Source: a virus
Virus record (IMG/VR): IMGVR_UViG_3300026488_000015
Span: 64,001-128,000 of that record
DNA: 64,000 nucleotides
Reading direction: 5' to 3' (one strand)
The notes under the pieces are model-generated. The model saw only the letters and a program-made list of their open reading frames with translations, searched no databases and was not told where the DNA came from. The position numbers were made by a program, and so were the translations under genes. Each line of letters starts with the position of its first letter. Positions within the stretch are counted from its first letter, which is position 1. This document shows, in pieces, positions 1 through 10,034 of the stretch.

Positions 1-85
1 TCATACTCCATTTAAAACTCTTCAATACCACAGTTCTATTTGTGATGATTCCATCTCCGTTTTTGTCAAACATTTTGAATGCCAT
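1..85 (-). CDS. 5' end of a gene truncated by the window edge (MAFKMFDKNGDGIITNRTVVLKSFKWSM...), probably baseplate-related by position
   Basis: ATG at 85 directly after the stop of the 1382 aa ORF, with an AGGGAG RBS; open to the window edge; manually translated. Confidence 0.55.
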   Translation of the reverse strand, partial: MAFKMFDKNGDGIITNRTVVLKSFKWSM

Positions 86-88
86 TTG

Positions 89-3000
89 TTATGCTCCCTT
101 TTCTAGTTTAGCATCTTTGATACTAGTATTATGTGTAGCACCTGCACTCGTTGTAGATGTAGTGTTTTGTATTTGAGGTGTTTTATTCTGTTTTACTTCT
201 GCTCTCGTTTGTTTGTGTGACTCAACGAGTGCTACGACAGCTGGGTCAGGCTTCTTCTCATATTTTGTGAATGCTGTTGCTTTAAGACCAGAATTCTTAA
301 ACATTTCTTGATAAGCTTCATTAGCGGCAGCACCAGTTTCATAAGATACTGGTTGTTTCGTAGTACCTTCTGTGAATGTCTTGCTATCCTTCTTAGTAAT
401 CGTTTGGCCTTCTGAATCGATACTAACACCACCTGATACTGGTGCCGGTGCTGTTCCATCTTTTCTGTATTGTTTCATACCATTATCTCTAATACTTTTT
501 CTGTCAATACCCAAAGGCTCAACATGCCAGGTTTCAGAAGCAACGATAGGTCTCCAAAAACCATATTTTCTGAATAGGTTCGCTTTGATTGCATCATTGG
601 CATCTACCGTCTGAATATCGAATGCTAGACCATAGTTGTGCATTGATTTCCCTGGTGATGCAGCCTTCTTTCCTTTTCGTTTCTTCATATCAGCTTGTTC
701 TTCAAAGCTTCTGAATGCTGAATTAACTTGCATCTTACGACCAGTGATTTCTTTAAATTCCATTGCCATACCTTTAAGGTTATGGAGAACATTTTCATCA
801 AGACCTTCGATGTCGTTGTTTCCGTTGTTAATGAATAATTCTTTGAGTGACATATCATCTGTCGTTCTAACTTGACCGGCATCTGTATAGGTAACTTTCT
901 TAGGTGTGTACTCGACACGACCTGAATAGTTACTCATTACATTAGCACCACCTTCGTTATCAAAAGTAGTGAAGCCTGATATATTATCCCTTTCTGTTTC
1001 TCTGCTTTTAAGAAACATAGCAATCTGGTGAGAAAGACTATCTCTCTTCCCTTCTATTTTAGTTTTCCTTTCTACATAAGTAGCTAAGCTTGACCACTGT
1101 GATAGAGGTATGCTTCTCATTTCTATCAAATCTTTTATTACTAATGGTTTGGCTCCCCAAATACCGGCATTATTAACTATAACAATACCCTCTTTCACTA
1201 AACCGGCAAGAAATTCTTCCATATTTTTATTCTTTAATTTTGATAGTTTATCTAGTTTCGATTTCGATGTTGCCATTACTTTTGTGTATATAGCTAATGA
1301 ACCATCTTCTAGTGCTACTTGTTTTGAATATGTAGCTTTATCTTCAAAATCTGTTCCTGAATCTCTTACTATTGCATCATCAGCACCATTTTTAAGGAAT
1401 TGTTTCTGGATAAATTTCTTTCTGTCTTTTTCTGTTAGGTCTTTACTAAGGGCCTTATATTCTTTAGTCCCAACAGCTCTTCCAGACATTTGTTTCATTA
1501 TACTATGGCTTTTCTTAATTTTTGCATCTTCTTCAGCTAAATTGTTTTGATTGTCTGTAACACCATTAATGATAGCTATCATTTTATCGCCTTCATTAGC
1601 AAATAAACTCTCATCTTTTACTCTATATTTAATATCGTTAATTAACTCAGCTCTTTGGTTCTCATCTAGGTATGTTGTGATATACTCTCTGAATCTTGAT
1701 TTCTTATATACAATACCATCATTTGTATTGTTAGGGTTCACAATATCTGCATCAATCATTGCTTCATAAATATCATCACCACTAGCATCTTTACGAACAG
1801 CATCTAATGTAGCTTTCTTACTCTTATCTTCAAATCTCATAGTAGTTTTTTTAGATGTTATTATACCAGTCTTAGCATTTTTTACTAATTTTGTACCGCT
1901 CGTACCGAATATAGCCATAGCTTCTTCACCATATTGTAATACCGCTGGGTCAGATGCTCCAAATTTTTCTCTTCTCACCATAATAATTTTTAAGAAATCA
2001 TCATTATTACCTTCGATGTAGCTCATAGCTTTGTCGAATTCTTCTAACGAAAGCTCTTCACTCGTTATAATATATTTAACGAAATCTTCCTCTGGTGATG
2101 AACCCCATAACCAAGAAGCCTGTGATGTCCCTAGTGCCGCTATACTTTTAGCTATTACAGCAACTCGTTTCTCGTAATTCGGGCCGAAAATATTTTTCGT
2201 TGCATTTCTGATTTCCACTGCATCTACAGCTAGTAGAGCACCAGTGATTAAACCAGCTGTTAAGACACCACCAATCTTGAATACTGATTTACCTAGACCC
2301 TTTACTCCTTTAAAAGCAGTTTTAAAGAATCCACTCTTAGCCATTTTAGGTTTGAAATGATTTGCTTTGGGTTTAGGTGTACTCCCTTTTTTTATAGTAG
2401 ATTTAGTATCACCAGACATCTTAGTTTTTCTTTTTTGTTCTGTTTCCATTCGTTTTTTGTTGGCTTCTGATTTCTTCTGCTGTTTGTCTTTACTATTTTG
2501 TTGCTGTTGTTTTTTCTTGTCGTTACCTTTTTTATTCTTCTTATCTTTTTTATCAGGCATACAACCACAACCAGACATAACCCCACGACCTTTCCCTTTA
2601 CCTCTTCTTCTACTAGAATTATTTCTTCGTTGGCTTCTATTTCTTTTTCTGTCTCTTTTGGATTGTTTTTTATCATTCTGGCTATTCTTTTTGTCTTTAC
2701 CTGGGCCTTCAGGCATATCCATACTTTTTGAAGAATTCAATAAATTTTTACCAAATACAGCTTTCCAAACCTTGTTAATCATTCTCTTAGCAAATCTTAG
2801 AGCTTTCTTAACCATTATCTTAAATTTTCTGAACATTTTCTTGAATGGAGCCAACAGCTTACCGAACATTTTCTTAACCATCGGACCTATCTTTTTCCAC
2901 AGCTTCGTAGCCAATAGACCTAATCCAGCCATTATCATATCCCATATCGATGTGTCTTCATCATCTTTTATGGCTTTACCATTTTTATCAAATTTTTGTT

Positions 3001-4237
3001 TTTTGTCTTTCTTGCCTTTTCTATCGATTGAAGTATCTTGCTCATCAACCATCTGGTCAGCAATCTTTTCTAGGTTCTCATTAATGCTTTCAGAAAGCTT
3101 AATCATTTTCTTAGAATCATCAGCTGTATAATCATTATCATTTAGAGAATTTTTGATACCCAATGAAGCTCCTAATGAACCTAGCATACCGTATTGCTCT
3201 TCCTTCTTTTCTTGTGTTTCTTTCTGTTTTTTCTCTTTAAGCTTATCAGCTGGAGTCGGGTTCTTTTCTGAATCTTCTTCTGTTTTTTGTCGTTCTTTAT
3301 CGTTAGCTCTAGCTTGTTCTACATCATCGCTTACACCGAAGGCATCAGTAATGTATTGGTTACCTAAGCTAGAAATAAAATCATCCTTAGAAATACTAGA
3401 ATAACCATATTTCTTTCTAATGTCATTGTGCATCTTCATCAAAGCTAATGTTTCATTTTGTACCATATTTCTAGCATCATTTTGTTCATTAATATTATCT
3501 ACTGTGTATGCATTACTAACCAGTGTAACATATTTGTACATATTAACGCTTTTATCGAGAACCATTTTCTGGCCTCTCGTTTCTTGGTCTAATGAATCAG
3601 TAACCTTATCTAATGTATCACCAGAGAATTTTAAAGCAGAAGATTTTACTGTATCTTGTGCTCTCTCCATTAGAGAACCTTTTTCTGATTTCTCTGCTAG
3701 TGAATCTTCTTTCTCTTTGATTTTAGATTGTAGTTTTAGTGTTTTCTTCTCATCGCCAGTAATTTTAGCTACTTCTAGTTCTTCTTCGAGGTCTGATAGT
3801 CTATTCTGGCTTCTCTCTCGTGATTCTCTTGTATTGAATAAAGCACCGATTGATTCTGATGCAAGATTTTTGATAGCATCAAGTGGGCTATCTATCATAT
3901 CAGAAAGTTTTTTGTGTTTCTTCTCTTTTAGATTATCTACTTTTTCTCTATCTGATATAGCCTTATCTAAATCAGAAAGTTTTTCTGGTGTTCCTGATGT
4001 TTCTATGCCGTCTGTTTTTTTCTGTTGTATTGCTACTTTTTTATCGTGTTGTGCTCTAGCAATGAATAAAGTGGTTAATAATTGTTTTGTTTGTGTGAGT
4101 TCAAGCTCAATAGTATCTGAAGGTTGACCTTGTTCTTTTTTCGAGGCTATAGATTTTTCTATTTTAGCCATACTCTTATAAGAATCTTCAAGCCTAGTGT
4201 TAATATCTATTATATTTTGTTGGTCTTGTGCGTTCAT
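89..4237 (-). CDS. Tape measure / baseplate hub-like protein with C-terminal M15-family (VanY-like) peptidoglycan peptidase
   Basis: 1382 aa, coiled-coil and charged N-terminus, two hydrophobic segments; C-terminal SAFRSFEEQ...PGKSMHNYGLAFDI...ETWHVE M15 Zn motifs; next to baseplate and tail genes. Confidence 0.7.
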   Translation of the reverse strand: MNAQDQQNIIDINTRLEDSYKSMAKIEKSIASKKEQGQPSDTIELELTQTKQLLTTLFIARAQHDKKVAIQQKKTDGIETSGTPEKLSDLDKAISDREKVDNLKEKKHKKLSDMIDSPLDAIKNLASESIGALFNTRESRERSQNRLSDLEEELEVAKITGDEKKTLKLQSKIKEKEDSLAEKSEKGSLMERAQDTVKSSALKFSGDTLDKVTDSLDQETRGQKMVLDKSVNMYKYVTLVSNAYTVDNINEQNDARNMVQNETLALMKMHNDIRKKYGYSSISKDDFISSLGNQYITDAFGVSDDVEQARANDKERQKTEEDSEKNPTPADKLKEKKQKETQEKKEEQYGMLGSLGASLGIKNSLNDNDYTADDSKKMIKLSESINENLEKIADQMVDEQDTSIDRKGKKDKKQKFDKNGKAIKDDEDTSIWDMIMAGLGLLATKLWKKIGPMVKKMFGKLLAPFKKMFRKFKIMVKKALRFAKRMINKVWKAVFGKNLLNSSKSMDMPEGPGKDKKNSQNDKKQSKRDRKRNRSQRRNNSSRRRGKGKGRGVMSGCGCMPDKKDKKNKKGNDKKKQQQQNSKDKQQKKSEANKKRMETEQKRKTKMSGDTKSTIKKGSTPKPKANHFKPKMAKSGFFKTAFKGVKGLGKSVFKIGGVLTAGLITGALLAVDAVEIRNATKNIFGPNYEKRVAVIAKSIAALGTSQASWLWGSSPEEDFVKYIITSEELSLEEFDKAMSYIEGNNDDFLKIIMVRREKFGASDPAVLQYGEEAMAIFGTSGTKLVKNAKTGIITSKKTTMRFEDKSKKATLDAVRKDASGDDIYEAMIDADIVNPNNTNDGIVYKKSRFREYITTYLDENQRAELINDIKYRVKDESLFANEGDKMIAIINGVTDNQNNLAEEDAKIKKSHSIMKQMSGRAVGTKEYKALSKDLTEKDRKKFIQKQFLKNGADDAIVRDSGTDFEDKATYSKQVALEDGSLAIYTKVMATSKSKLDKLSKLKNKNMEEFLAGLVKEGIVIVNNAGIWGAKPLVIKDLIEMRSIPLSQWSSLATYVERKTKIEGKRDSLSHQIAMFLKSRETERDNISGFTTFDNEGGANVMSNYSGRVEYTPKKVTYTDAGQVRTTDDMSLKELFINNGNNDIEGLDENVLHNLKGMAMEFKEITGRKMQVNSAFRSFEEQADMKKRKGKKAASPGKSMHNYGLAFDIQTVDANDAIKANLFRKYGFWRPIVASETWHVEPLGIDRKSIRDNGMKQYRKDGTAPAPVSGGVSIDSEGQTITKKDSKTFTEGTTKQPVSYETGAAANEAYQEMFKNSGLKATAFTKYEKKPDPAVVALVESHKQTRAEVKQNKTPQIQNTTSTTSAGATHNTSIKDAKLEKGA

Positions 4238-4274
4238 CAGATAACCCTCTTTTAGTATTATTTATCTGAATCGT

Positions 4275-4970
4275 TTATTGTGCGTTTTCTTCTTCTCTAG
4301 CTTTCTCTATTAGACTAAAATAAATTTCTCTCTCGAATGGTAGCATATTATATACATCTTGTAAAGCGAATTTTCCATAATAAGTGAATTCCTGAGCTTG
4401 TTGATATACATTACCTATACTGCTTTTCGATAAATCTGCCTTATAAAAATTATAACAATCCTTGATGTCGATATGCTGGCATTTTATACAAGGCATTTCA
4501 CAAAGAATCGACAACCCATCAGCACACAGCTTATCCATTTCTTGAGCACTCAAAAAATCCATTTCCTCGATATAGTACCTAGCTTCGTCGCTATCCAATT
4601 GCACATCATTATGATACACGGTGTTGTCGCCTACATTAATTTTGTATTCTCCGTCCTGGTAGAACACTTCCTCAGTATTGTATTTAATAAACGGGTCTAT
4701 ATTAATGGTATTTTCGTTAGGTTGTGAGCATTCCGAGCATTTATACTGAACCGTGAAATCTCCACCTACACTATTCACATAGGTTTTGTATAGGATGAAT
4801 AGCATATCTTCATCAGTAAGCTTTAAGGGTGTAGGTGTGATTTTTACGAGAAGCTTATAAATGTCTCTGATACTAGCACCATCTCCGTATAGGAGGTATG
4901 CCATTTCGTCCCTCGTTGTCCAAGGTTCTATATTGTATTCAGTACCCTTTAGCTCTAAACTAAAAAACAT
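4275..4970 (-). CDS. Baseplate hub assembly protein (T4 gp26/gp51-like)
   Basis: PWTTRDE N-terminal motif, two CxxC pairs, C-terminal LPFEREIYFSLI resembling gp51. Confidence 0.65.
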   Translation of the reverse strand: MFFSLELKGTEYNIEPWTTRDEMAYLLYGDGASIRDIYKLLVKITPTPLKLTDEDMLFILYKTYVNSVGGDFTVQYKCSECSQPNENTINIDPFIKYNTEEVFYQDGEYKINVGDNTVYHNDVQLDSDEARYYIEEMDFLSAQEMDKLCADGLSILCEMPCIKCQHIDIKDCYNFYKADLSKSSIGNVYQQAQEFTYYGKFALQDVYNMLPFEREIYFSLIEKAREEENAQ

Positions 4971-5677
4971 TATAAAGTACCGAAAAAGTTTGGAAGAACA
5001 TCAAATTCTAAATTGTGTTCCTTATTACAGCCCTCTGTTTGGCATTGATAAGTACCAGTAATATCAAAATAACTCATTTGTTTAACATATTCTTCTAGTA
5101 ACTGCTCATAATCGCTCATATCTAAGTCGCTGATGTACTCGAACATTTCTTCAAAAGTGTACTCGTTTTTGATTCCATCAGCATCTTCAAAAGAATTTAC
5201 CCTAAGAACCATTTCAATAATAGTAGCATCATCTTCAAGATATTTTCCCTCTTGTGCTGAAAGAACCTCAGCTTTAATATCTTTTTGGAGATTAAAAGTA
5301 ATATCGCCTATTACTATTTTTGCGAAAGTATCTGGTTCAAAATTACTACATTTAGCTAAATCCACATCGATTTTTGTATTCTCTTCACATTTAGGGCATA
5401 AATAATCGAATTTAATATTGTTACCTAGTGTGTTTTTTCTAATCTGTGTAAGCATATATAAGAGGTCGTAGTTTGAAAGGTATTCTCCCTCGTAATCTTT
5501 AACACAAGGTAGAACCAATGTACGGAGTTGTTCTTCGGTTAGCATTTCAATATCGAACGAATTTTCTAAGACTTCATTGAATGACTTAACATCACGACCT
5601 TTCCATTTTCTTAGAAACATAGGTTTATCGTGCATTTCTATTTCAATATCGAATTTATCTTCTTTCTTAATACTCAT
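4970..5677 (-). CDS. Baseplate hub subunit (T4 gp26-like)
   Basis: LLYMLTQIRKNTLG...CPKC...C..C..NFF pattern typical of the gp26 family. Confidence 0.65.
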   Translation of the reverse strand: MSIKKEDKFDIEIEMHDKPMFLRKWKGRDVKSFNEVLENSFDIEMLTEEQLRTLVLPCVKDYEGEYLSNYDLLYMLTQIRKNTLGNNIKFDYLCPKCEENTKIDVDLAKCSNFEPDTFAKIVIGDITFNLQKDIKAEVLSAQEGKYLEDDATIIEMVLRVNSFEDADGIKNEYTFEEMFEYISDLDMSDYEQLLEEYVKQMSYFDITGTYQCQTEGCNKEHNLEFDVLPNFFGTL

Positions 5678-5702
5678 TAAGTATCCTTTATTTTAATATT
5701 AT

Positions 5703-6227
5703 TTATCTAGTTTTGAATGATATACTAAATTCTGCTATTTGTGATTCGTTTGTTCTATCTAAAGAAATATTTGAAACACTATCAAGTATAGCTACTTCAG
5801 TTTCAAAAATGACTACATCTGAATCGTAAGGAGTAATTTTAAGACCCCAATACTGGTCTTCAGGAAACATATCTTTAGTCCCATCGAGAATATAAGTCAT
5901 TAATCTATATAGGTAAAAATCATCAAAATCATTAAATGTTACATCTATTCTCTTTAGTTCTTTGATACCGGTAGTATAACTCCACTGCCCACCTACAAAA
6001 GTTTCTATGGGTTGAGTTACTAAATCTGGTATAGTAAAGGTTTTTATAGCTAAATTAAGTTTATCTACTTCATCAGCTGAATCTTCATCAAAATCTACTT
6101 CTTTAAGCTTAGTATAAGTTTCATCTATATAGAAATACCCTGCAGGGAAACTTACAGTAAGTTTGAAGTCATTAACATAATCCCACTTTGTTTCATATAT
6201 TTTTGTGATAACATCTTTTAATGCCAT
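5703..6227 (-). CDS. Tail tube-fold protein (gp19/gp54-like)
   Basis: TFTIPDL...IDVTFND...IAEFSISF resembles the tube-family motifs of the paralogs at 8.9-12.3 kb. Confidence 0.5.
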   Translation of the reverse strand: MALKDVITKIYETKWDYVNDFKLTVSFPAGYFYIDETYTKLKEVDFDEDSADEVDKLNLAIKTFTIPDLVTQPIETFVGGQWSYTTGIKELKRIDVTFNDFDDFYLYRLMTYILDGTKDMFPEDQYWGLKITPYDSDVVIFETEVAILDSVSNISLDRTNESQIAEFSISFKTR

Positions 6228-6249
6228 AATATACCTCTTTTAGAAGTAT

Positions 6250-6678
6250 TTATACTTTAAACGATAATGTTTCTTTGGATATTTCTAATAATGAAGTTTT
6301 CCTTTCTAGTACGAGTTTTTGTAAATGAACTAATGAAGCTAATTCTAATGTGAGTTTAGTTTTATAAGCGGATTCTTTCTCTTTAGGGGTACTGAAGTAA
6401 ATTACATATAATCCTTGTTCAGGACGAGGCTCACCATAAGCATCTACTTCAAAAATTAAAATGTATTCATCTTGTTTAAAATAAGGAGAACTCTTCATCC
6501 TAGATTTAAGATTTTCTAAAGTTTTCTTAAATATGTTAGTGCTTGTTCTTTCATCGAATTTGATATATGATACTGAACCTTCATCTTTATTTTGTTTGGA
6601 TTCGTATGCAACTGCATTTCTGTAAGAGTAGTTTGGTAAGTATTTGTTGATTTCTTTAGTGAGAGTGAATGAAGTCAT
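6250..6678 (-). CDS. Hypothetical protein with its own early-type promoter
   Basis: 142 aa ORF with RBS, TGTTATAAT promoter at about 6700-6720. Confidence 0.55.
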   Translation of the reverse strand: MTSFTLTKEINKYLPNYSYRNAVAYESKQNKDEGSVSYIKFDERTSTNIFKKTLENLKSRMKSSPYFKQDEYILIFEVDAYGEPRPEQGLYVIYFSTPKEKESAYKTKLTLELASLVHLQKLVLERKTSLLEISKETLSFKV

Positions 6679-6734
6679 AATATATCCTTTATAAGATATA
6701 TTATAACATAAGTAGACTTAAAGCCTACTTAAAA

Positions 6735-8666
6735 TTAACCGATGATTGTATCAATATCAGTCGAAGCATTAACAGCAGTGAATCTAAGAGTAATAAATTC
6801 AGCGATGTAGTTAGGTTTAACAATGATGTCTGCAATGAACTCGTTTTTCTCAACGATAGCAGGCGTGTTGTTAGACGCATCACAAATTGCTCTGTACTCA
6901 TTAATACCACGGTTACTTTGAACTGTGTTAAGGAATGGAACGATAGCACTTAAAAATCTGTTTCTTGTGAAAGAATCATTGATTTCGAATGTGAAAGATT
7001 TTGAAGTCTTATAGATTACTCTTTCAAGGTAGTTGAATAAAGCTCTTGTAGTAACTCTATCAAATGCACTTGGTACAGAAGTATAAGTCTTGTTACCCCA
7101 AATAACATTTCCAGAACCTGGGAATGAAGTTACGATATTTGTCTTGTTTTGGTACATAGCGTCTCTTTGAGTCTTGTTTGGAATGAAAGCGAATTTCTTA
7201 ACATTCTTAACGCCACCTCTTTGAATACCTGCTGCTGCAGTCCACGGATTTTGTAACTCATTAGTCTGAGCTCTAATTCCAGCCATATCTCCTGCAAGAT
7301 TTAACCATACATTTTTACCAGTGAATTTATCGAATTGGAACTTGTAGTTACCATAAAATGCTGCATAAACAGTATTTACATTCATATCTCCAGCTTTAGT
7401 GTAATCAACGATTGCTTGAGTAGCATTGATTGAAGTTTTACCAACAGTATCTTCAAATCTAGCACCAACATAAGCGATACAATCTCTTCTCATATTTGCT
7501 AAGTTAATAGCTGAAACTGGTGAAAGTTCATTAGCGATAATTAAATCAACATCGATTTCATCAATATTTTCATATAATTTGTAACCATCAATGATTTCTG
7601 CTTGAGTAGCCATACCGTTATTACCACCAGCGAATTCAACTGTATCAGCTGTAATTACACCATCTTGTGAATACATCTTAGAAGCAACACCATCAACGGC
7701 ACCGTTATCTTTAACATAAACAAGATTAGATTTTTCATTTATAACATTTTCGATGTAAGTTGATTTATTTGCATAATCAACAGCACTTTCATCTAAAGAA
7801 ACGATATAAGTTTCAACAACGATATTGTCCTTAGTGATAAGAACGGCAACTTCTCCTGCTGCAGCAGCATATTCGAATTGGTCATCGATAGTAACACCTG
7901 AGAATGCTTCTGAAGGAGTAGCTGTACTGAAATCTGATGCGTTAGCAATAGATACTTCTAAATTATCTCCCCAAACACCTGGGTTTCTAGCAAAGAATTT
8001 AAGTTTTGAACCTGCGTCATCTGTAAGTGCACTAATAGTTTCAGTTACAACATCTAATTGATATGGAACACCTGGTACATAAGCACCACCACCATCAGTA
8101 TAACCAGCAACGATTGCACCAAATCCAACTTTTGTAAACTTACCTGCACCTTCGATAGTGTAAATTACGCCGTCTTCTAAAGAAACAGTCGTAGCGTCAT
8201 CTGCTAGTGATAATTGAGTACCATTAAGTGAAACACCTAAATCAGTTAAAGAAACAAGAACATCTCCTGACTCATCTACACCGAATTGAACTCCACCTAA
8301 TGAGAACACATCCCAATCAGATTTATTCTTAACAAGTTGTGGTGTAGCTGTGATATGTGCGTCATTTGCTACAGAACCGATTTCTGCTACTGAATTAAGT
8401 GCGTCTGCACCAACTACACGAGTTACATAAGAAAAACCTGCACCGTAGTTAAGGAAGTTATAACCTTGATACCATTGATTCATAATACTTGAATTTGGTT
8501 TACCGAAAACTGTTACATAATCATTTGTTGTTCCGATTGCTGTTAATTCATCAACTGGACCTTTTACGAAATCACCAACAAATACTGCTGCTGAATTACC
8601 TACACGATTTGTTACAACCGATGCATCTATTTCTACTACTTCTGAACCTGGGCTTAATAATGCCAT
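6735..8666 (-). CDS. Tail sheath protein (T4 gp18-like)
   Basis: LSPG..V.EID N-terminus, RNPGVWGD, PWTAAAGIQRG, WGNKT, FDRV..R.LF, FEINDSFTR, CDASNNTP, IKP..IAEFITL.F. Confidence 0.95.
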   Translation of the reverse strand: MALLSPGSEVVEIDASVVTNRVGNSAAVFVGDFVKGPVDELTAIGTTNDYVTVFGKPNSSIMNQWYQGYNFLNYGAGFSYVTRVVGADALNSVAEIGSVANDAHITATPQLVKNKSDWDVFSLGGVQFGVDESGDVLVSLTDLGVSLNGTQLSLADDATTVSLEDGVIYTIEGAGKFTKVGFGAIVAGYTDGGGAYVPGVPYQLDVVTETISALTDDAGSKLKFFARNPGVWGDNLEVSIANASDFSTATPSEAFSGVTIDDQFEYAAAAGEVAVLITKDNIVVETYIVSLDESAVDYANKSTYIENVINEKSNLVYVKDNGAVDGVASKMYSQDGVITADTVEFAGGNNGMATQAEIIDGYKLYENIDEIDVDLIIANELSPVSAINLANMRRDCIAYVGARFEDTVGKTSINATQAIVDYTKAGDMNVNTVYAAFYGNYKFQFDKFTGKNVWLNLAGDMAGIRAQTNELQNPWTAAAGIQRGGVKNVKKFAFIPNKTQRDAMYQNKTNIVTSFPGSGNVIWGNKTYTSVPSAFDRVTTRALFNYLERVIYKTSKSFTFEINDSFTRNRFLSAIVPFLNTVQSNRGINEYRAICDASNNTPAIVEKNEFIADIIVKPNYIAEFITLRFTAVNASTDIDTIIG

Positions 8667-8817
8667 TATATTTCTCCTAGTTACCTATTAGGTAACGATT
8701 GTTTTTGAGTGTCAATCTTACTCGTTATAGTATCTCTTTATGCAAAAGATGTATTTCGTATATACTCTATACAGTTCTTCGCCATATAGAACTTAAACAA
8801 GATTTAGCTCTTAAATG

Positions 8818-8825
8818 TATTTATA
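8818..8825 (-). promoter_or_regulatory. T4-type late promoter TATAAATA (representative)
   Basis: Exact TATAAATA also at 6247, 10569, 13388, 17898, 18251(+), 18257, 22691, 41833, 49180, 51517(+), 56249; each lies upstream of a structural, CTS-bearing or GKYADLL gene, except 18257 (thermonuclease). Confidence 0.75.
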
Positions 8826-8885
8826 ATTGATTTTAAAAAAGTTTTGTGAGAATAGTCCAAGAAAAGGACTATATAGTGTGTTTTG

Positions 8886-9404
8886 TTATAATGCTACTGG
8901 AACTGCACTGTCGAAAGCAAATGTTACAGTAAAAGTACCTACTGTGTTTACTTCCGAAGCATCCATTGACATTTCACCAACTGCTTGAGGCCACATATTT
9001 AATAATGTGTAAGCTCCACCAAAGTGATTTGTACTACCGTCATTTTGTAATTGTTTAATAGTAGCTGTACTTACATAAGTGTAGTTATGCATATCAAGCA
9101 CATCATCATCCATTAACCGCATCCATAAAAGAAAAATAGTTCTTACTCTATGGTCTGAAGTTTCATAGAATGTTACTTCAAAAGTGTTACCGTAATCAGT
9201 CATACCTTGTAGTAAAGTTTTACGACCCCTAAGAAATGCTTCAACCATTGGTATATTTTTTCCAGGGAATGCAGTACTCTTAGCTAGAAGGCTACCTATC
9301 TCTTTAAAAATATCTACACCAGGTATAGCTTGGAATTGTACTTCGAATTTATTTGTTCTAGCTCCACTTCCAAGTGCTCTCTTAAGGTCGCTTATTTTAC
9401 TCAT
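8886..9404 (-). CDS. Tail tube protein paralog 1 (gp19-like)
   Basis: LGSGARTNKFEV, FPG, VTFYET, MWPQAVG, FTVTFAFD. Confidence 0.85.
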   Translation of the reverse strand: MSKISDLKRALGSGARTNKFEVQFQAIPGVDIFKEIGSLLAKSTAFPGKNIPMVEAFLRGRKTLLQGMTDYGNTFEVTFYETSDHRVRTIFLLWMRLMDDDVLDMHNYTYVSTATIKQLQNDGSTNHFGGAYTLLNMWPQAVGEMSMDASEVNTVGTFTVTFAFDSAVPVAL

Positions 9405-9408
9405 CTAT

Positions 9409-10011
9409 CTATCCGTTAGTTGTAGTTGTAGTTGTAACGGTATCTTTTTTCAGTTTCCAGTAATCGAATGATAAAGTTACTGTGAACTCACCAATAGCAT
9501 TAACTGAATCATTTGCCATATCTAAAGTACTGATAACCTGAGGCCATATATTATGGAATGTATATGTCATTGTAGGGTTACCTTGACCATCTAGTTGTGA
9601 AATAGTGGCTGTACCACCAACACTACGGTCATTTTTGTTGTACCCTTCTACATCATCGATACTATCTTGCCAAGCGATAAACGCTTCACGAAGCTTGTGG
9701 TCTTCTGTTTCATAGAAAACTAAGTCCCAAGTGTGGTCGAATTCTGTATCACCTACTAGCATACCCTTTTTACCGCCTACCCAAACTTCCGTTTGACCTA
9801 CAGTTTTTTGTGGGAATGATGTACCTTTACATAGCAAATCAAGTTGTGTAGCATCAGTAGTTGCTGTTTGTGTGATTTTGCCATCCACTTGTACTTCTGC
9901 CGTATCGTTAAACGATGTAATAGCAGTATTTGTAGGTATAATCTGTACTAAATATTTTGTTGTTCTTAAACCAGCACCTAATGCTGATTTTAAGTTTGAA
10001 ATTGCGCTCAT
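9409..10011 (-). CDS. Tail tube protein paralog 2 (gp19-like)
   Basis: LGAGLRTTKY, LCKGTSFP, GDTEFDHTW, QLDGQG, IWPQVIS, EFTVTLSFDYW. Confidence 0.9.
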   Translation of the reverse strand: MSAISNLKSALGAGLRTTKYLVQIIPTNTAITSFNDTAEVQVDGKITQTATTDATQLDLLCKGTSFPQKTVGQTEVWVGGKKGMLVGDTEFDHTWDLVFYETEDHKLREAFIAWQDSIDDVEGYNKNDRSVGGTATISQLDGQGNPTMTYTFHNIWPQVISTLDMANDSVNAIGEFTVTLSFDYWKLKKDTVTTTTTTNG

Positions 10012-10034
10012 AGAAGCCTCCTTATGATTTTATG

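Noticed and set aside
2367-4127. Long + strand ORFs (254 aa, 235 aa and others) rich in F/L/S
   Set aside because: Antisense shadows of the Lys/Glu-rich minus-strand gene; no independent motifs. The same applies to most + strand ORFs in the track.
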